From Octopus vulgaris (Eukaryota), in assembly GCA_951406725.2 (NCBI GenBank), contig OX597817.1:14818001-14882000 (forward strand): DNA of 64,000 bases, read 5' to 3'. Below are positions 12,100 to 25,586 of the stretch, in pieces. The first letter of the stretch is position 1. Each line of letters opens with the position of its first letter. The translations under genes and the position numbers were made by a program. Below the pieces are notes generated by a model. That model did not search any database. It saw only the letters and a program-made list of their open reading frames with translations, and was not told the DNA's origin.

Positions 12100-12838
12100 A
12101 GACTCAGGAAAACTTGGGACGAGGGGACGAGGTGGTGAAGCACAACCTTCGAACTTTAGGTCTCACTGAGGAAATGACCAGCGACCGAGACCTTTGGAAA
12201 TATGCTGTGCGTGAAAAGACCAGGCAGGACAAGTGAGTCCAGCCCACTTATGCATGCCTTTCCTCCCTTGGACACACAAAGACCTGTTGAGGCAAGCGAA
12301 GTCGATATCGAACCTCATCCGACGACAGGCACCTATGCCAACCCCCCTTTGCTTGCGAAGACCTGTTGGGGCAAGTGAAATCGAAATCGGAATCAAAATT
12401 GAACCAATCCTATGACTGGCACCCGGCAGGTGCCAGGACCACTGGACTGGAGATACGTAAAAAGCACTATCCGAATCGTGACCGATGCCAATGCCGCCTC
12501 GACTGGCTTCCATGTCGGTGGCACGTAAAAAGCACCATCCGAATTGTAGCTAAAGCCAGTGCCGCCTCGACTGGCTTCCGTGCCGGTGGCACGTAAAATG
12601 CACCAATCCAACCATGGCCGTTGCCAGCCTCGCCTGGCACCCGTGCGGGTGGCACATAAAAAGCACCCACTACACTCACAGAGTGGTTGGCATTAGGAAG
12701 GGCACCCAGCTGTAGAAACACTGCCAGATCAGACTGGGCCTGATGCAGCCTTCCGGCTTCGCAGTCCCCAGTTGAACCGTCCAACCCATGCTAGCATGGA
12801 AGGCGGACGCTAAATGATGATGATGATGATGATGATGA
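12100..12838 (+). mobile_element. 5'-truncated RTE LINE: ORF C-terminus, repeat-containing 3' UTR and (GAT)n tail
   Basis: DEVVKHNLRTLGLTEEMTSDRDLWKYAVREKTRQDK*, followed by GGCACGTAAAAAGCACC-anchored repeats and GATGATGAT. 3'-end-only copies lie near 8857, 13480, 31935, 33372, 34015, 35576, 48904, 52448, 56079, 59634 and 60224. Confidence 0.82.
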
Positions 12839-12881
12839 ATGAGGGTTGTTATCAGCAAAAACATGCAGACTTCTCTTTGTA

Positions 12882-14183
12882 CAGGGTGTTCAGACTAAAT
12901 ATGGTGATTCTTAATGCTTCCCTTTTACAGGAACAGCTTGTATTTGTGAAAGGTAAACAGTATTGGAGAACATTAACATTAAAAGTTGTAACTTAGAAAA
13001 AAGTTAGCTGACATGGAAGATTGGAAGCAATTTGAATATTGGGAAAAGAGTTACCTGTATCATGATGATTTGCACCAGATATCAAAATGCCAACACCATG
13101 GTTACAGCTCAATGCTGTGTAAACACAGTAAAGACTGTGAGATGTGATATGGACAGCTGCAACAGAGACTAAGAAACCATGACCATCACAAAGGGACACA
13201 ACAGGTGTTCTGATTGTATCCACATGCTGGAATTTATCCAACAGCTGATGAACAGAGCCATATGCTCAATTCAGATGGCTCTGTGAAGCTGCTGGAGACT
13301 CTGGTCAATCCCTGGCTGGAGGTGGGGTTATTGTAGAAAGGTCATATGTGTGGCAGCAGGATTCGGCTCCTTGCCATCCCTCTGGAAAGAGTTAGAAGTA
13401 GCTGTCAAAGAATTTCTTCAACTTCCGCAACCCCAATTTCTGGCTTCCTAATCTCCCCAATTGTAATCCCATGGATTATCAAAAAGCACCATCCGAACGT
13501 GGCCGATGCCAGCGCCGCCTCGACTGGCTTCTGTGCCGGTGGCACATAAAAAGCACCATCCGAACATGGCCGATGCCAGCGCTGCCTCGACTGGCTTCTG
13601 TGCCGGTGGGACATAAAAAGCACCATCCAAACGTGGCCGATGCCAGCGCCGCCTTGACTGGCTTCCGTGCCGGTGGCACGGTAAAAGCACCAACCGATCG
13701 TGGCCGATGCCAGATTCCCCTGGCACCTGTGCCAGTGGCACGTAAAAAGCACCCACTACACCCGCGGAGTGGTTGGCGTTAGGAAGGGCATCCAGCTGTA
13801 GAAACACTGTCAGATCAGACTGGAGCCTGGTGCAGCCCCTGGCTTTCCAGACCCCGGTCGAACCGTCCAACCCATGCTAGCATGGAGAACGGACGTTAAA
13901 CAATGATAATGATGATGATGATGATGATGAGGCATAGTTGAGAAAGACATCAACCACCCTGCCTGCAACACCAAGGCCCAGCTGATGGCCAAGATCAAGG
14001 AAATATTTGAAAATCTTTCCAGAAACACAGTTAGGAATGCATGCACTAATTTCCAGGGCTGTCTTGAAGCCATAGTGTAAGCTGAGGGTGACTACTTTCA
14101 GTAAACAATTACCTCCCAACCATAATCTAGCTGACAAAACTTTTTTCATTTTTTTAAAATACTTATTTAGCCCAAACACCCTG
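12882..14183 (+). mobile_element. Internally deleted Tc1/mariner (maT/DD37D-like) transposon interrupted by an RTE 3' end (13480-13930)
   Basis: TIRs CAGGGTGTTCAGACTAAATA / TATTTAGCCCAAACACCCTG with TA on both sides. Relic peptides YVWQQDSAPCH..., FWLPNLPNCNPMDY and GIVEKDINHPACNTKAQLMAKIKEIF...LEAIV*AEGDYF. Confidence 0.88.
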
Positions 14184-14199
14184 TAAAGCCAAACCTTTA

Positions 14200-15765
14200 A
14201 CAATATATTTTTAGTGGATTCAAATGGAGTTGATGGAATTTCTATATTATCATCTGTATTATCAGCTAACTGTTGTTATTCTAAGAGCATCAGTTCCGCT
14301 TTAGAGCTATTTCTTCTATGGTACACTAGCAACCCAACCGCATTATCTGCTATGACTTTTTCAAGTCTTATATCATTTGCAAGTGTCACAATATCTTTTA
14401 AAATTTGATACAGACTTTCTGCTTGTGGAAAATTTGTTAAGTCACAGCTACAGTCTGACCATATATTTCTCTAAGCACCAAAGTTCAGAGTTTCACTTTA
14501 TCCCTTAACTCAGATAATATGCCTTGGAGTTACCTATCACACCTAACTCTACTGGCTGTAGCAAAGAAGCTGTATTCTTATTTCTTTATTGCCCACAAGG
14601 GGCTAAACATAGAGGGAACAAACAAGGACAAACAAAGGGTTTAAGTCGATTACATCAACTCCAGTGCGTAACTGGTACTTAAAATTTATCGACCCCGAAA
14701 AGATGAAAAGCAAAGTCGACCTCGACGGAATTTGAACTCAAAACATAATGGCAGACGAAATACCGCTAAGAATTTCACCCGGCATGCTAACATTTCTGCC
14801 AGCTCACTGCCTTAACCCTTTAGTGTTTAAACTGGCCATATCCGGCCCAAATATTCTAAAAGTTTTATATTCAAACTGGCTATATCTAGCCTCTCACACC
14901 TAACCTACAATGTCATGCTAAAAATAAACAATCACATCACTGAAACCTCAAAGCTACAAGATAATGCATGATTAATTCAAAACAATTTGAGTGAAAAAGT
15001 ATTATATTTAACAGAGTAACCTGAACACTAAAGGGTTAAGAAGCTGTATTCTTGGTGATGTATTCTACTCTCACATTATCAGAAAGCCCATTTAAGTTCA
15101 TTGGATGGATTTGTGTATAGTCCAAAATGAGCAATGTTTGGGGAGAAATATTATCTCTGAAACCTTTCTACATCAGGACATAAAAATGCTTGCAAACCAC
15201 TCTTCAAAAAGGTTCTTAGTCATTCAAGCCTTTTTATTTGAACACCAAATCAGAGGTAAATTAAACTTTGTGTAACCCAATAACATTTCTTCCCAGAAGT
15301 GCTAGACAAATTTTTGAAGCTTTAAATTCCAGTGTTGATTTTCCTTCTTGAGAAATAAAAGTTCTAGCAAGCCATGCAGTTTCGTCAACATTGTATACTT
15401 GCTCTGGTGTGTAGCCCCCTTTAGCAATAATTTTTTCTAGCAGCTCATGATAATTAGTAGCAGCCTCCGTGTCAGCAGTGGCAGCTCCACCCAAGTCATT
15501 TTCCTGTTCTCTGAATTTAAATGGTTCTTTAACCTTTCAAACTAGTCTTTACTAGCAAACAAAGGGTTTCCATTAAAAATTTCACCTCCCTTTTTCTACA
15601 ATATAGGCGCAGGAGTGGCTGTGTGGTAAGTAGCTTGTTTACCAACCACATGGTTCCGGGTTCAGTCCCACTGCATGGCACCTTGGGCAAGTGTCTTCTA
15701 CTATAGCCCCGGGCCGACCAAAGCCTTGTGAGTGGATTTGGTAGACGGAAACTGAAAGAAGCCCG

Positions 15766-15827
<62 letters not shown>

Positions 15828-16400
15828 GTGTGTGTATGTTTGTGTGTCTGTTTGTCCCCCTAGCATTGCTTGACAACCGATGCTGGTGTGTTTATGTCCC
15901 CGTCACTTAGCGGTTCGGCAAAAAGAGACCGATAGAGTAAGTACTAGGCTTACAAAAGAATAAGTCCCGGGGTCGAGTTGCTCGATTAAAGGCGGTGCTC
16001 CAGCATGGCCGCAGTCAAATGACTGAAACAAGTAAAAGATTAAATCATGATACAAGCTTTTGGTTATTCTTTATTAGTAATGCTTCTTGGAACATTATTT
16101 CAAGTCTGATCCTTGATCCATACATTCAAGAACTGTTCTATATTAAACATCACACTTAGATTTATGAACATTTAATGGAATAATTTCTTGAGCACTCGAC
16201 TTAATTTTCTCTATTCTCACACATTGTTCCCACTGTAGATTTTGCAAGCTTTTGATGTTTTGACAACATGGCTAATGTTTTTTCTCTTGCATTAAACCCT
16301 TTTAAAGCATCGAGTTTAATATCCAGTGTAATCCTTTTATGATTTCTTTTTGCACTACAACCTTCTGTTCCACTTGATGGCTTCTTTCCAGATATCTTGA
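14200..16400 (-). mobile_element. Degraded Tigger/pogo transposase with nested SINEs and a MITE
   Basis: Remnants in the expected order: KRITLDIKLDALK (HTH-psq), GGYTPEQVYNVDET, WCSNKKA*MTKNLFEEWF, and C-terminal ILKDIVTLANDI...AELMLLE. Confidence 0.8.
14816..15035. mobile_element. piggyBac-like MITE (second family)
   Basis: TTAA|CCCTTTAGTGTT ... AACACTAAAGGG|TTAA. Confidence 0.85.
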
Positions 16401-17065
16401 ATTGTTAAGTAAGTCCAACAGCACTGGCAACAAATGTATATTAGAAAAAATAGCACCAGGAAAGAATTGATTAGTGTGAGCAAAAAATTGTTATCTTATT
16501 CCAAAGGATGTAAGAATAGAAATAAGATGAAATGAGAGAAGTGAGGGGAAATACTGTATGATTACAGTTATTTGAAGGGCTACTAGGTTTACGGACACTA
16601 CCTTTTCTACCTCTGACTTGGACCATAAAAACATTACTCTCTCTCTCTCTCTTTCACACACACACAATGTTGTGTTGACATGCAACATATGTAGCTACAG
16701 ACATTATTATGAAGCTAATACAATTACTGCTGTTGCCAGCAGGTTATTCAAGAGCTGGTGATTGGTTGTGGTAGTGGTGTCAGCTGTAATTTTTTTTAGG
16801 CATTGATAATGGTGATGGTGGATGATGTTTTTATTAGAAGTGGTGGAGGTGGGGTGGGGTGGAGAGTTATATTGCCCTTGTTAATTGTATTGTTGTTCCT
16901 ATTTAGTCTCAAGTCAATCCTCATTGACCTAAGATCAAAGACATTTCATTCAACTTTTAAAAATACACTATGGTACCACAATGGCCCAGTGGTTAGGGCA
17001 GCGGACTTGCGGTTGTAGGATCGCGGTTTCAATTCCCAGACCGGGCGTTGTGAGTGTTTATTGAG

Positions 17066-17196
17066 CAGCTTATTCCACGGATCCGCAACCCAGACGGAGA
17101 AAGCCCCTCTCCTTCGATTGAGATGAAATCGTCACAGATAGAGCTTTTCGGAATTACCTCGCAGCCGACGCTCTGGAGCAGGAGTGAAGAACAGCT
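17066..17196 (-). mobile_element. CR1/L2-type LINE ORF2 C-terminal fragment fused to a SINE head
   Basis: The minus frame reads LFFTPAPERRLRGNSEKLYL*RFHLNRRRGAFSVWVADPWNKL, matching the RGHxxKL...RRxxFS...WNxL end of CR1 ORF2. Confidence 0.7.
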
Positions 17197-20085
17197 CTAT
17201 ATCTGCAACTTAGCAGTTTGGCAAAAGATACCAATAAAACAAGTACCAGACTTTAAAAAATAAATACTGGCATCAATTTGTTTGACTGAAGTAATTCAAG
17301 CTGGTGCACCAGCATGGCCACAGTCCAATGACTGAAACAAGCAAAAGATACATAAATATACATAAACTACTCTTTACTCTTTACTCTTTTACTTGTTTCA
17401 GTCATTTGACTGCGGCCATGCTGGAGCACCGCCTTTAATCGAGCAACTCAACTCCGGGACTTATACTTTTGTAAGCCCAGTACTTATTCTATCGGTCTCT
17501 TTTGCCGAACCGCTAAGTAACGGGGACTTAAACACACCAGCATTGGTTGTCAAGCAATGCTAGGGGGACAAATACAGACACACAAACATACATGCACACA
17601 CACACACATATATATATATATACATATATACAACGGGCTTCTTTCAGTTTCCGCCTACCAAATCCACTCACAAGGCTTTGGTCGGCCCGAGGCTATAGTA
17701 GAAGACACATGCCCAAGGTGCCACGCAGTGGGACTAAACCCTGAACCATGTGGTTGGTAAACAAGCTACTTACCACACAGCCACTCCTGCGCCTATATAC
17801 GACGGGCTTCTTTCAGTTTCCGTCTACCAAATCCACTCACAAGGCTTTGGTTGGCCCGAGGCTATAGTAGAAGACACTTGCCCAAGGTGTCACACAGTGG
17901 GACTGAACCCGGAACCATGTGGTTGGTGAACAAGCTACTTACCACACAGCCACTCCTGCGCCTATTCAAATAATCTTTCACCTTGAATTCTTCAAAAATA
18001 CTTGAAACAATATTCTTCAAAATTTATGTATTTTATTAAAAATTTGATCAGCAGACAACAGACTTAAAGACAAAAGAAATCAATATAGAATCTTATATTA
18101 TGTTTTACATCAGACTTTTTCCTCCGTACTTACACATGTATTCAATTTTTATTTTCACAGCTTGGTGCCCTTCCTATGAAATAATAAATCAATTTTTGTT
18201 GAATGCCTCAAAACTGTGGAGCCAAAGCTCAATATTCTCAAACGAACCCTACAATCATTACGTTAATGGAAAAAAAAAAAAAAAAATGTGGAGGCGCAAT
18301 GGCCCAGTGGTTAGGGCAGCGGACTCGCGGTTGTAGGATCGTGGTTTCGATTCCCAGACCGGGCATTGTGAGTGTTTATTGAGCGAAAACACCTAAAGCT
18401 CAACGAGGCTCCAGCAGGGGATGGTGGTGAACCCTGCTGTACTCTTTCACCACAACTTTCTCTCACTCTTACTTCCTGTTTCTGTTGTGCCTGTATTTCA
18501 AAGGGCCAGCCTTGTCACTCTCTGTGTCACGCTGAATATCCCCGAGAACTACATTAAGGGTACACGTGTCTGTGGAGTGCTCAGCCACTTACACGTTAAT
18601 TTCATGAGCAGGCTGTTCCGTTGATCGGATCAACCGGAACCCTCGTCGTCGTAACCGACGGAGTGCTTCCATCCAATAGAAAAATATAAATAGCATGATT
18701 GTTTGAGAACAAATCACAACAGGAGTTATTCTGTGGCTTGTACACAAAATAATGGTAAGTAATGTCATGAAAGGCGCAGGAGTGGCTGTGCGGTAAGTAG
18801 CTTGCTTACCAACCACATGGTTCCGGGTTCAGTACCACTGCGTGGCATCTTGGGCAAGTGTCTTCTGCTATAGCCTCGGGCCGACCAAAGCCTTGTGAGT
18901 GGATTTGATAGACGGAAACTAAAAGAAGCCCATCGTATATATGTATATGTATGTATATGCGTGTGTGTGTTTGTGTGTCTGTGTTTGTCCCCCCAACGTC
19001 GCTTGACAACCGATGCTGGTGTGTTTACGTCACCGTAACTTAGCGGTTCGGCAAAAGAGACCGATAGAATAAGTACTAGGCTTACAAAGAATAAATTCTA
19101 GGGTCGATTTGCTCGACTAAAGGCGGTGCTCCAGCATGGCCATGGTCAAAGGACTGAAACAAGTAAAAGAGTAAAAGAGTAAAGGATCTTTTCTCTGATG
19201 AACCATGTCAAAAGAAACCACAGAAAGTCTATTCAACTGAACATGGTAACTGAATATAGGTTTCAAATTTTGGAAGAAGGCCAGCAAGTTTTGGGGAGGG
19301 GGTAAGTCAATTACATCAACCCCAGTGCTCAACTGGTACTTATTTTATCGTCCCCATAAGGATGAAAGGCAACGTCAACCTTGGTGGAATTTGAACTCAG
19401 AATATGAAGACGGATGAAATGCCACGAAGCAGTTTGCCCAGCATGTTAATGAATTAGCCAGCTCACCACCTTATGTTAACTGAATATAGAAGTGAGAATT
19501 AAATCTCAAGGTGATCCAGCTGTAACCATGGTTATCTGATAGTACATCATCTAATGTCTTCCTACTGTCTTACAATATGATGTAATTTGAATGAGAGTTG
19601 CTGCTATTTACGGAAGTTTAAGTGACCATATCAGGGCTCCCTGTTGACTTGTTATACTAAAGAAGCTGGCTTATCCTACTGAAGCTGATATGGTGTGTGG
19701 TTTATAAATGTAGCGTTCCCACCTATAGCTTTGCTAATCAAAAACAAAAAAACATGTTATACACTTTACAAAAGAGATAAAGACTTAACGAATTATGTTT
19801 TATATGGAGTTTAGGAATTAATATTTTTGGTTCGTTTGTTATTTTCTGCAATATTGGTACATCTGTTGCTCTTTGGAAACGCTGACAACACATTCACAGC
19901 TAATACAAATCAAACATTTTTATACACAAAGAAAGGGACATGATGTAAAGACAAGAAACTGCCACAAATATTGTTACATTATCCCATCTCATGCAAAGTA
20001 CTGGATCCGCTAAGACTACTAGCAGTTCAAACTGACCATATACTTGTACCTGTAGTGTTCCTCTCCAATGTTACAAGCCTGGGCA

Positions 20086-20139
<54 letters not shown>

Positions 20140-21569
20140 CAGGTGCAGGCATGGTTATGCAGTAAGAAGCTTGCTTTCCAATCACATGGTTCTGAGTTCA
20201 GTCCCACTGTGTGACACCTTTGGCAAGTGTCTTCTACTATAGCCTCTGGCCAACCAAAGCCTTGTGAATGGATTTGGTAGACAGAAACTGAAAGAAGCCC
20301 GGTGTGTGGGTGTGTATGTCTTTGTGTATTTGTTTGTCCCCCACCACAACTTGACAACCAATGTTCGTGTATTTACATCCCCATAACTTAGCGGTTTGGC
20401 AAAGAGACTGATAGAATAAGTACCAGGATTAAAGAAAGAGAAAAAATAAGTACTGGGTTCAGTTCATTTGGCTGAAAGTTCTTCAAAGTGGTGCCCCAGC
20501 ATGGCCACAATCTAATAACTGAAACAAGGAAAAGATAAAAGATATATAATACTAGCAATTTCGCATGCAGCACATCTCCCTTCTTCCTCCGCATCAGCAA
20601 TGTTTCCAAAGAAAAGGAAAAGTCCCATACAGCTTGATACTAGTGTCACTATTTTTCAAATTATGTAAACCAGGTGCAGCAGAATTTCGTCAGACTTTAA
20701 GGGAAGTGAGAGAATAAGTCCTGCAATTCTGTGTTGTGCCAAATTTCAATCTCAATCTTCTTTGACCTGCCTCTACAACATGTAACATCCAACACCAACC
20801 TTACAGTTCCTTTCCACTCAATGTACACTATCCTTACATTTTAATCTACACAGCAGAACAAATTCATAGATTAAATAAAAGATAAATGGATTACTGTCAG
20901 TTTGAACAATGGGAGTACCAGAAGTTTGATCAACTGAACTGCCAAATGGATTCTCTGAGATTCTATAGTGTAAATGGTAGAGCATTCTACAGACATTTGT
21001 TCTTTGACATAATTGTCAAGTAGAATCAACAATATACAATGTGACAAGGCTGTTCCTTTGAATTACAGGTAGAGCTTATTCAAGAGTCTTCCACAATTTC
21101 TATCAATCCAATTCCACTCACATGGCTTGGGTCAGCCAAAATCTAAAATAAAAGACACTTGTTCAAAATGCCATGTACAAAGATTGAACCTGAGACCTTA
21201 GGATTGCAAAGTGAACTTAACTATTCAGCCATACCTTTATCCACAGAGTAAACACACACACTTTTAGTTGGTTTCTTTATTTACTTAACCATAGTGGTTT
21301 TCATTTCATTCCTATTTTTTATGCATTACTTTTACTATTGACTTAGTCTATCAGTCATACTGCATTTATATATCATTCTCAGTGATTTTTATTTAATCAA
21401 CATCTACATTCAATCTACAATGCTTGAGATATGGGTCATGGTCATGGAAACATCTTTACACTTATCACACTCTAAACATTGGTTGCTCACATCAACTAAA
21501 TACATACATATTAACAGGATGATATATCATAAATGCCATCTTCCTCATGTGATAACTATAGATGTTCTT

Positions 21570-21960
21570 AGCTAAGACCAAGCTATTATACCTAGCACTC
21601 ATTGACTTGGAGAAGGTTTTTGACAAGGAACCATGCTCTATGATCTGATGCTCCCAAAGCAAAATAGGTGAGAGGCATGCAAGTTGTTGATGCCATCAGC
21701 AAAGAGTGAGAAATTCAATGTGCAGTTTGATGCTTGTCAGGATTCAGTTCTCAACCCCATCTTGTTTATTATATAGTCCTGCAGGCCATAACAGAAGAGC
21801 TTGCCAGCTGTCAACCACTTGTACACCAATGACCTACTTCTCATAGCTGAAGCTGACAAATGAGAGAAATTGCTAATATGGAAGAAAAAAAACCTAGGAT
21901 TGAGAGAACTCAAAGTAAACCTAGCAAAGACAAAAGATTTTGATTACAGGATCCTACTGT
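21570..21960 (+). mobile_element. Degraded RT fragment (RTE-like)
   Basis: Remnants IDLEKVFDK, QDSVLNPILFII and LYTNDLLLIAE. Confidence 0.65.
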
Positions 21961-22156
21961 CATCAGGGATGTAGACATATGCAGAGAAGTAGCAAGAACT
22001 TTGTACTGTATACCATGTTATTGTAAATGAACAAGAGATGTAGTGGAACCACAGCCAGGCCAATAGAGAAGACTTGCATATGTAGTAGAGTTGATGAACA
22101 GAAGTAGTTAACAGTAAACGTAACAAATAAAATATGTTCTTTCAAAATATTTAATA

Positions 22157-22554
22157 CTAGCAGTATCGCCCAGCGTTGCTCGGGTTTGTAAGGGAAATAA
22201 TTATATAAGCATTTTTAGAGATGTAAAGTATAATAGCCATCTCAATATGGTTAACCACAAAGGGGGGGGGTGTTACTGTAGCTTTTTACGTTCTGAGATT
22301 TAATAATAATTTTTTAAAGAATTACTTCCCTTATATATGCCAAAAATGCATTAAAAATGGGAAAAAATTATGGTAAATTTTTTTTTAAATCGTAGACTCA
22401 TCGTAGACACGCACTAATACCCAGAAGGGCTCGATATGAATCACGACTATAAGATACCCGCTTTTGGTTAAACTGCACCGCAAAATGTGGGAGTAGTTAG
22501 GAATCTAAATCGTAGGAGACAGACAGCACACAACCTCACTTTTATATATAAAGA
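22157..22554 (-). mobile_element. Helitron family A copy
   Basis: TC...CTAG termini, subterminal hairpin, AT target site. Confidence 0.85.
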
Positions 22555-22870
22555 TTAGGCATGTGCCATCAGTAATTACTCAGGGTAGGCAGTTGGTGAC
22601 TTATGAAGTAAAACATACAAAAAATAAGAAAACTGCAGGTGCACGACTGAGTTGATGGCAGATTTACTTTTGCCTTTATAGCCCGTAAAGAAAACGTTGT
22701 AGGAGTGTATGTAGCACATGTACTACAGCATTACTATGCGTAGCTTAAATACTGAGATTGAAAGGCAGGGGTGAATTATGCCTGCCTAATCTACCAAAAA
22801 ATTAGAATATTTCGTATTTTATGCACAGTAATCAGAGTTACCTTCATAATTTTATTGAATTAGGTGCATA

Positions 22871-23270
22871 TCTTTATATATAAAAGTGAGGTTGTGTGTT
22901 GTCTGTCTCCTACGATTTAGATTCCTAACTACTCCCACATTTTGCAGTGCAGTTTAACCAAAACCGGGTGTCTTATAGTCGTGATTCATATCGAGCCCTT
23001 CTGGGTATTAGCGCGTCTACGATGAGTCTACGATTTAAAAAAAAATTTACCATCAATTTTTTCCATTTTAATGCATTTTTTTCGCTATTATATAAGGGAA
23101 GTAACTCTCTAAAAATGTCTACGATGAGTCAACGATTTTTTGTAAAATTTACCATAATTTTTTTTCCATTTTTCATGCATTTTTTTGCTATTCTTTGGCT
23201 ATAACTCTCTAAAAATGCTTATATAGTTATTTCCCTTACAAACCCGAGCAACGCCGGGCGATACTGCTAG
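22871..23270 (+). mobile_element. Helitron family A copy, inverted relative to 22157-22554
   Basis: A|TCTTTATATATAAAAG ... CCCGAGCAACGCCGGGCGATACTGCTAG|T. Confidence 0.88.
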
Positions 23271-24352
23271 TTATATATAATCATGAACGATACTGAGTTT
23301 AAACGTTTACAACAAATAAGGGCCAATACAGAAAATGTGCCTTTTAGATCAGTGCTCTTCAAAGTGGGGATCCACGGACCGGTGCTGGTCCGTGATCAGC
23401 TGCCGGTATGCTGCGAGTTTCCAGGAAATAAAAATGTGATAAAAAATTAAAGATATATAAGAATCATAAAGTAAGATTGATTAAAAAATTGACTGGAAAT
23501 AAGATTGATTAGAAAAGGTGAAGGTAAAATAAAGCAAAATAGATTGAAAATGAATCTAAAATGACCTGAGGTGAAACTAAGTGAATTAAAATAAGAGTAA
23601 AAATGAACTGGCACTAACAGAGCATTGATCTGATAACCAAAACAGTACAAAGTAAAGGAGGTGTTGCTTGGATGGCCATGCAGAGTAACCAAAAAATCAC
23701 AAGACTTCTTCAGAAAAAGTTTACAATAGGTGCAGGAGTGGCTGTGTGGTAAGTAGCTTGTTTACCAACCACATGGTTCCGGGTTCAGTCCCACTGCGTG
23801 GCACCTTGGGCAAGTGTCTTCTACTATAGCCCTCGGGCCGACCAAAGCCTTGTGAGTGGATTTGGTAGACGGAAACTGAAAGAAGCCTGTCGTATATATG
23901 TATATATATATATATATGTGTGTGTTTGTGTGTCTGTGTTTGTCCCCCTAGCATTGCTTGACAACCGATGCTGGTGTGTTTACGTCCCCGTCACTTAGCG
24001 GTTCGGCAAAAAGAGACTGATAGAATAAGTACTGGGCTTACAAAGAATAAGTCCCGGTGTCGATTTGCTCGACTAAAGACAGTGTTTTGTTTGGTTTTTT
24101 TAATCTATTTTTACACTTATCAGACTCGAAACATAGATTGTTTTAATCAGCTGGATACATATCTACAGAATGGGATACCATAAATATTATCTTCCTTAAG
24201 TGATAACTATTGATGTTCTTAGCTAAGACCAAGCTGTCATACCTAGCATTCAATGACTTGGAGAAGGCTTTTGACAAAGTACTATGCTTCCTAGGGAAAA
24301 TACATGAGAGATGTGCTAATATTATGTATTAAAGTGATTTATAGCAGGACAT

Positions 24353-24389
<37 letters not shown>

Positions 24390-24975
24390 TGCGTGCGTGT
24401 GTGTGTAAGTGGGGATGTTTGCAAGAATTATATTACTCTGACCTGAGATTTAAGCTGGAAAAAATTTTGTGACAAGATCTGCATTTTCTCAATTAGGCAA
24501 AACAATGAAATCTATAAGTGAAACTTCCATGGTGATATGGCTGTGAATACCGTATTTTGTTTTTTGTTTCTTTCATTTCCTTGGTTTGAAGGAAGGTATA
24601 GTGCCAAACATGGCGTCTACAGGCCCTCTGAGATTAGTAAGATTTATGGTATTAATGTTCCTCATGAACAATTGCAAAATAACACCTACAGGAAAAACAT
24701 GAGTAAAGAGGAAGTTCCAGAGAGCTGATGGTTTTGGAAGGAATAACTGAGTTCAGTGGTTAGACACAACCAGAGTGATGAGGAGGAGGTAAAACGAGTG
24801 AGAAGATAATGTATGAATGGAGGTGATATGAACCCAGTCTACTGTGAGGAGCAGAGGCCATTATAGTAGTAGTAAAAAAGGCAGACAGGAGGTAGTACAC
24901 CTATAGGCCAGAAACTTGAGCATTTCTGAGAGTGGTCAAGTAATTCTGAATAGGTGGTGAGTTGTTCCTCTAATA

Positions 24976-25176
24976 CAGTGCTTTTCAAACTTTTTGCTGG
25001 AGTGGAACCCCAAGGAAACATTCCACTGGCTCGAGGAACCCCTGTGCAATAATTTAATTGTCTTATGCACACATATCTGCAAAGGAGAATTACAAATTAC
25101 TGCCGATTATAGCAGTTTTGTAACTTCTTGCGGAACCCCTGGACTGTACTGGCGGAACCCTGGTTGAAAACCACTG
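24976..25176. mobile_element. hAT (Charlie-like) MITE
   Basis: TIRs CAGTGCTTTTCAA / TTGAAAACCACTG with a perfect 8-bp TSD CTCTAATA. Confidence 0.9.
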
Positions 25177-25586
25177 CTCTAATAAACCAGATATACTTTG
25201 AGAAAGCAGCCACAGTGTCTTTGACAGCTAAAACATTATACACCTGAACATTCACATGCAAATACAAGAATACGACTCCCCAGTGACCAATCAAGATCCA
25301 TAATTATATTTAAGCATTTTCAGGGAATGGATATGAAGAAAGCTACTATATTCATTGAAACATTCATTGCTAGCCAAAAGTCAGAAATGAGAAACTCAGA
25401 GTAATGTTAAGTGAGGTCTCCAGCTTACAATAACAGGATAAAATTCTTACAAAACATATCAAGTACTCTTTTTCTTGTTTGTGCAATTCTTTGTGCCAGA
25501 ACATATGTTGTTTTTTTTATACCAGCACAAGGTAAACAAAAGTGGGACATTCAAATAGAAACACCTCATAATATTTAATCTGGTGT

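Noticed and set aside
13480-13755. CRISPR-like repeat/spacer pattern (GGCACGTAAAAAGCACC anchors)
   Set aside because: The 'spacers' are homologous to each other, the array is part of an RTE 3' UTR, the context is eukaryotic, and there are no cas genes.
18288-18365. tRNA gene candidate
   Set aside because: It is the tRNA-derived head of a SINE, continuing into the SINE body and present in several copies.
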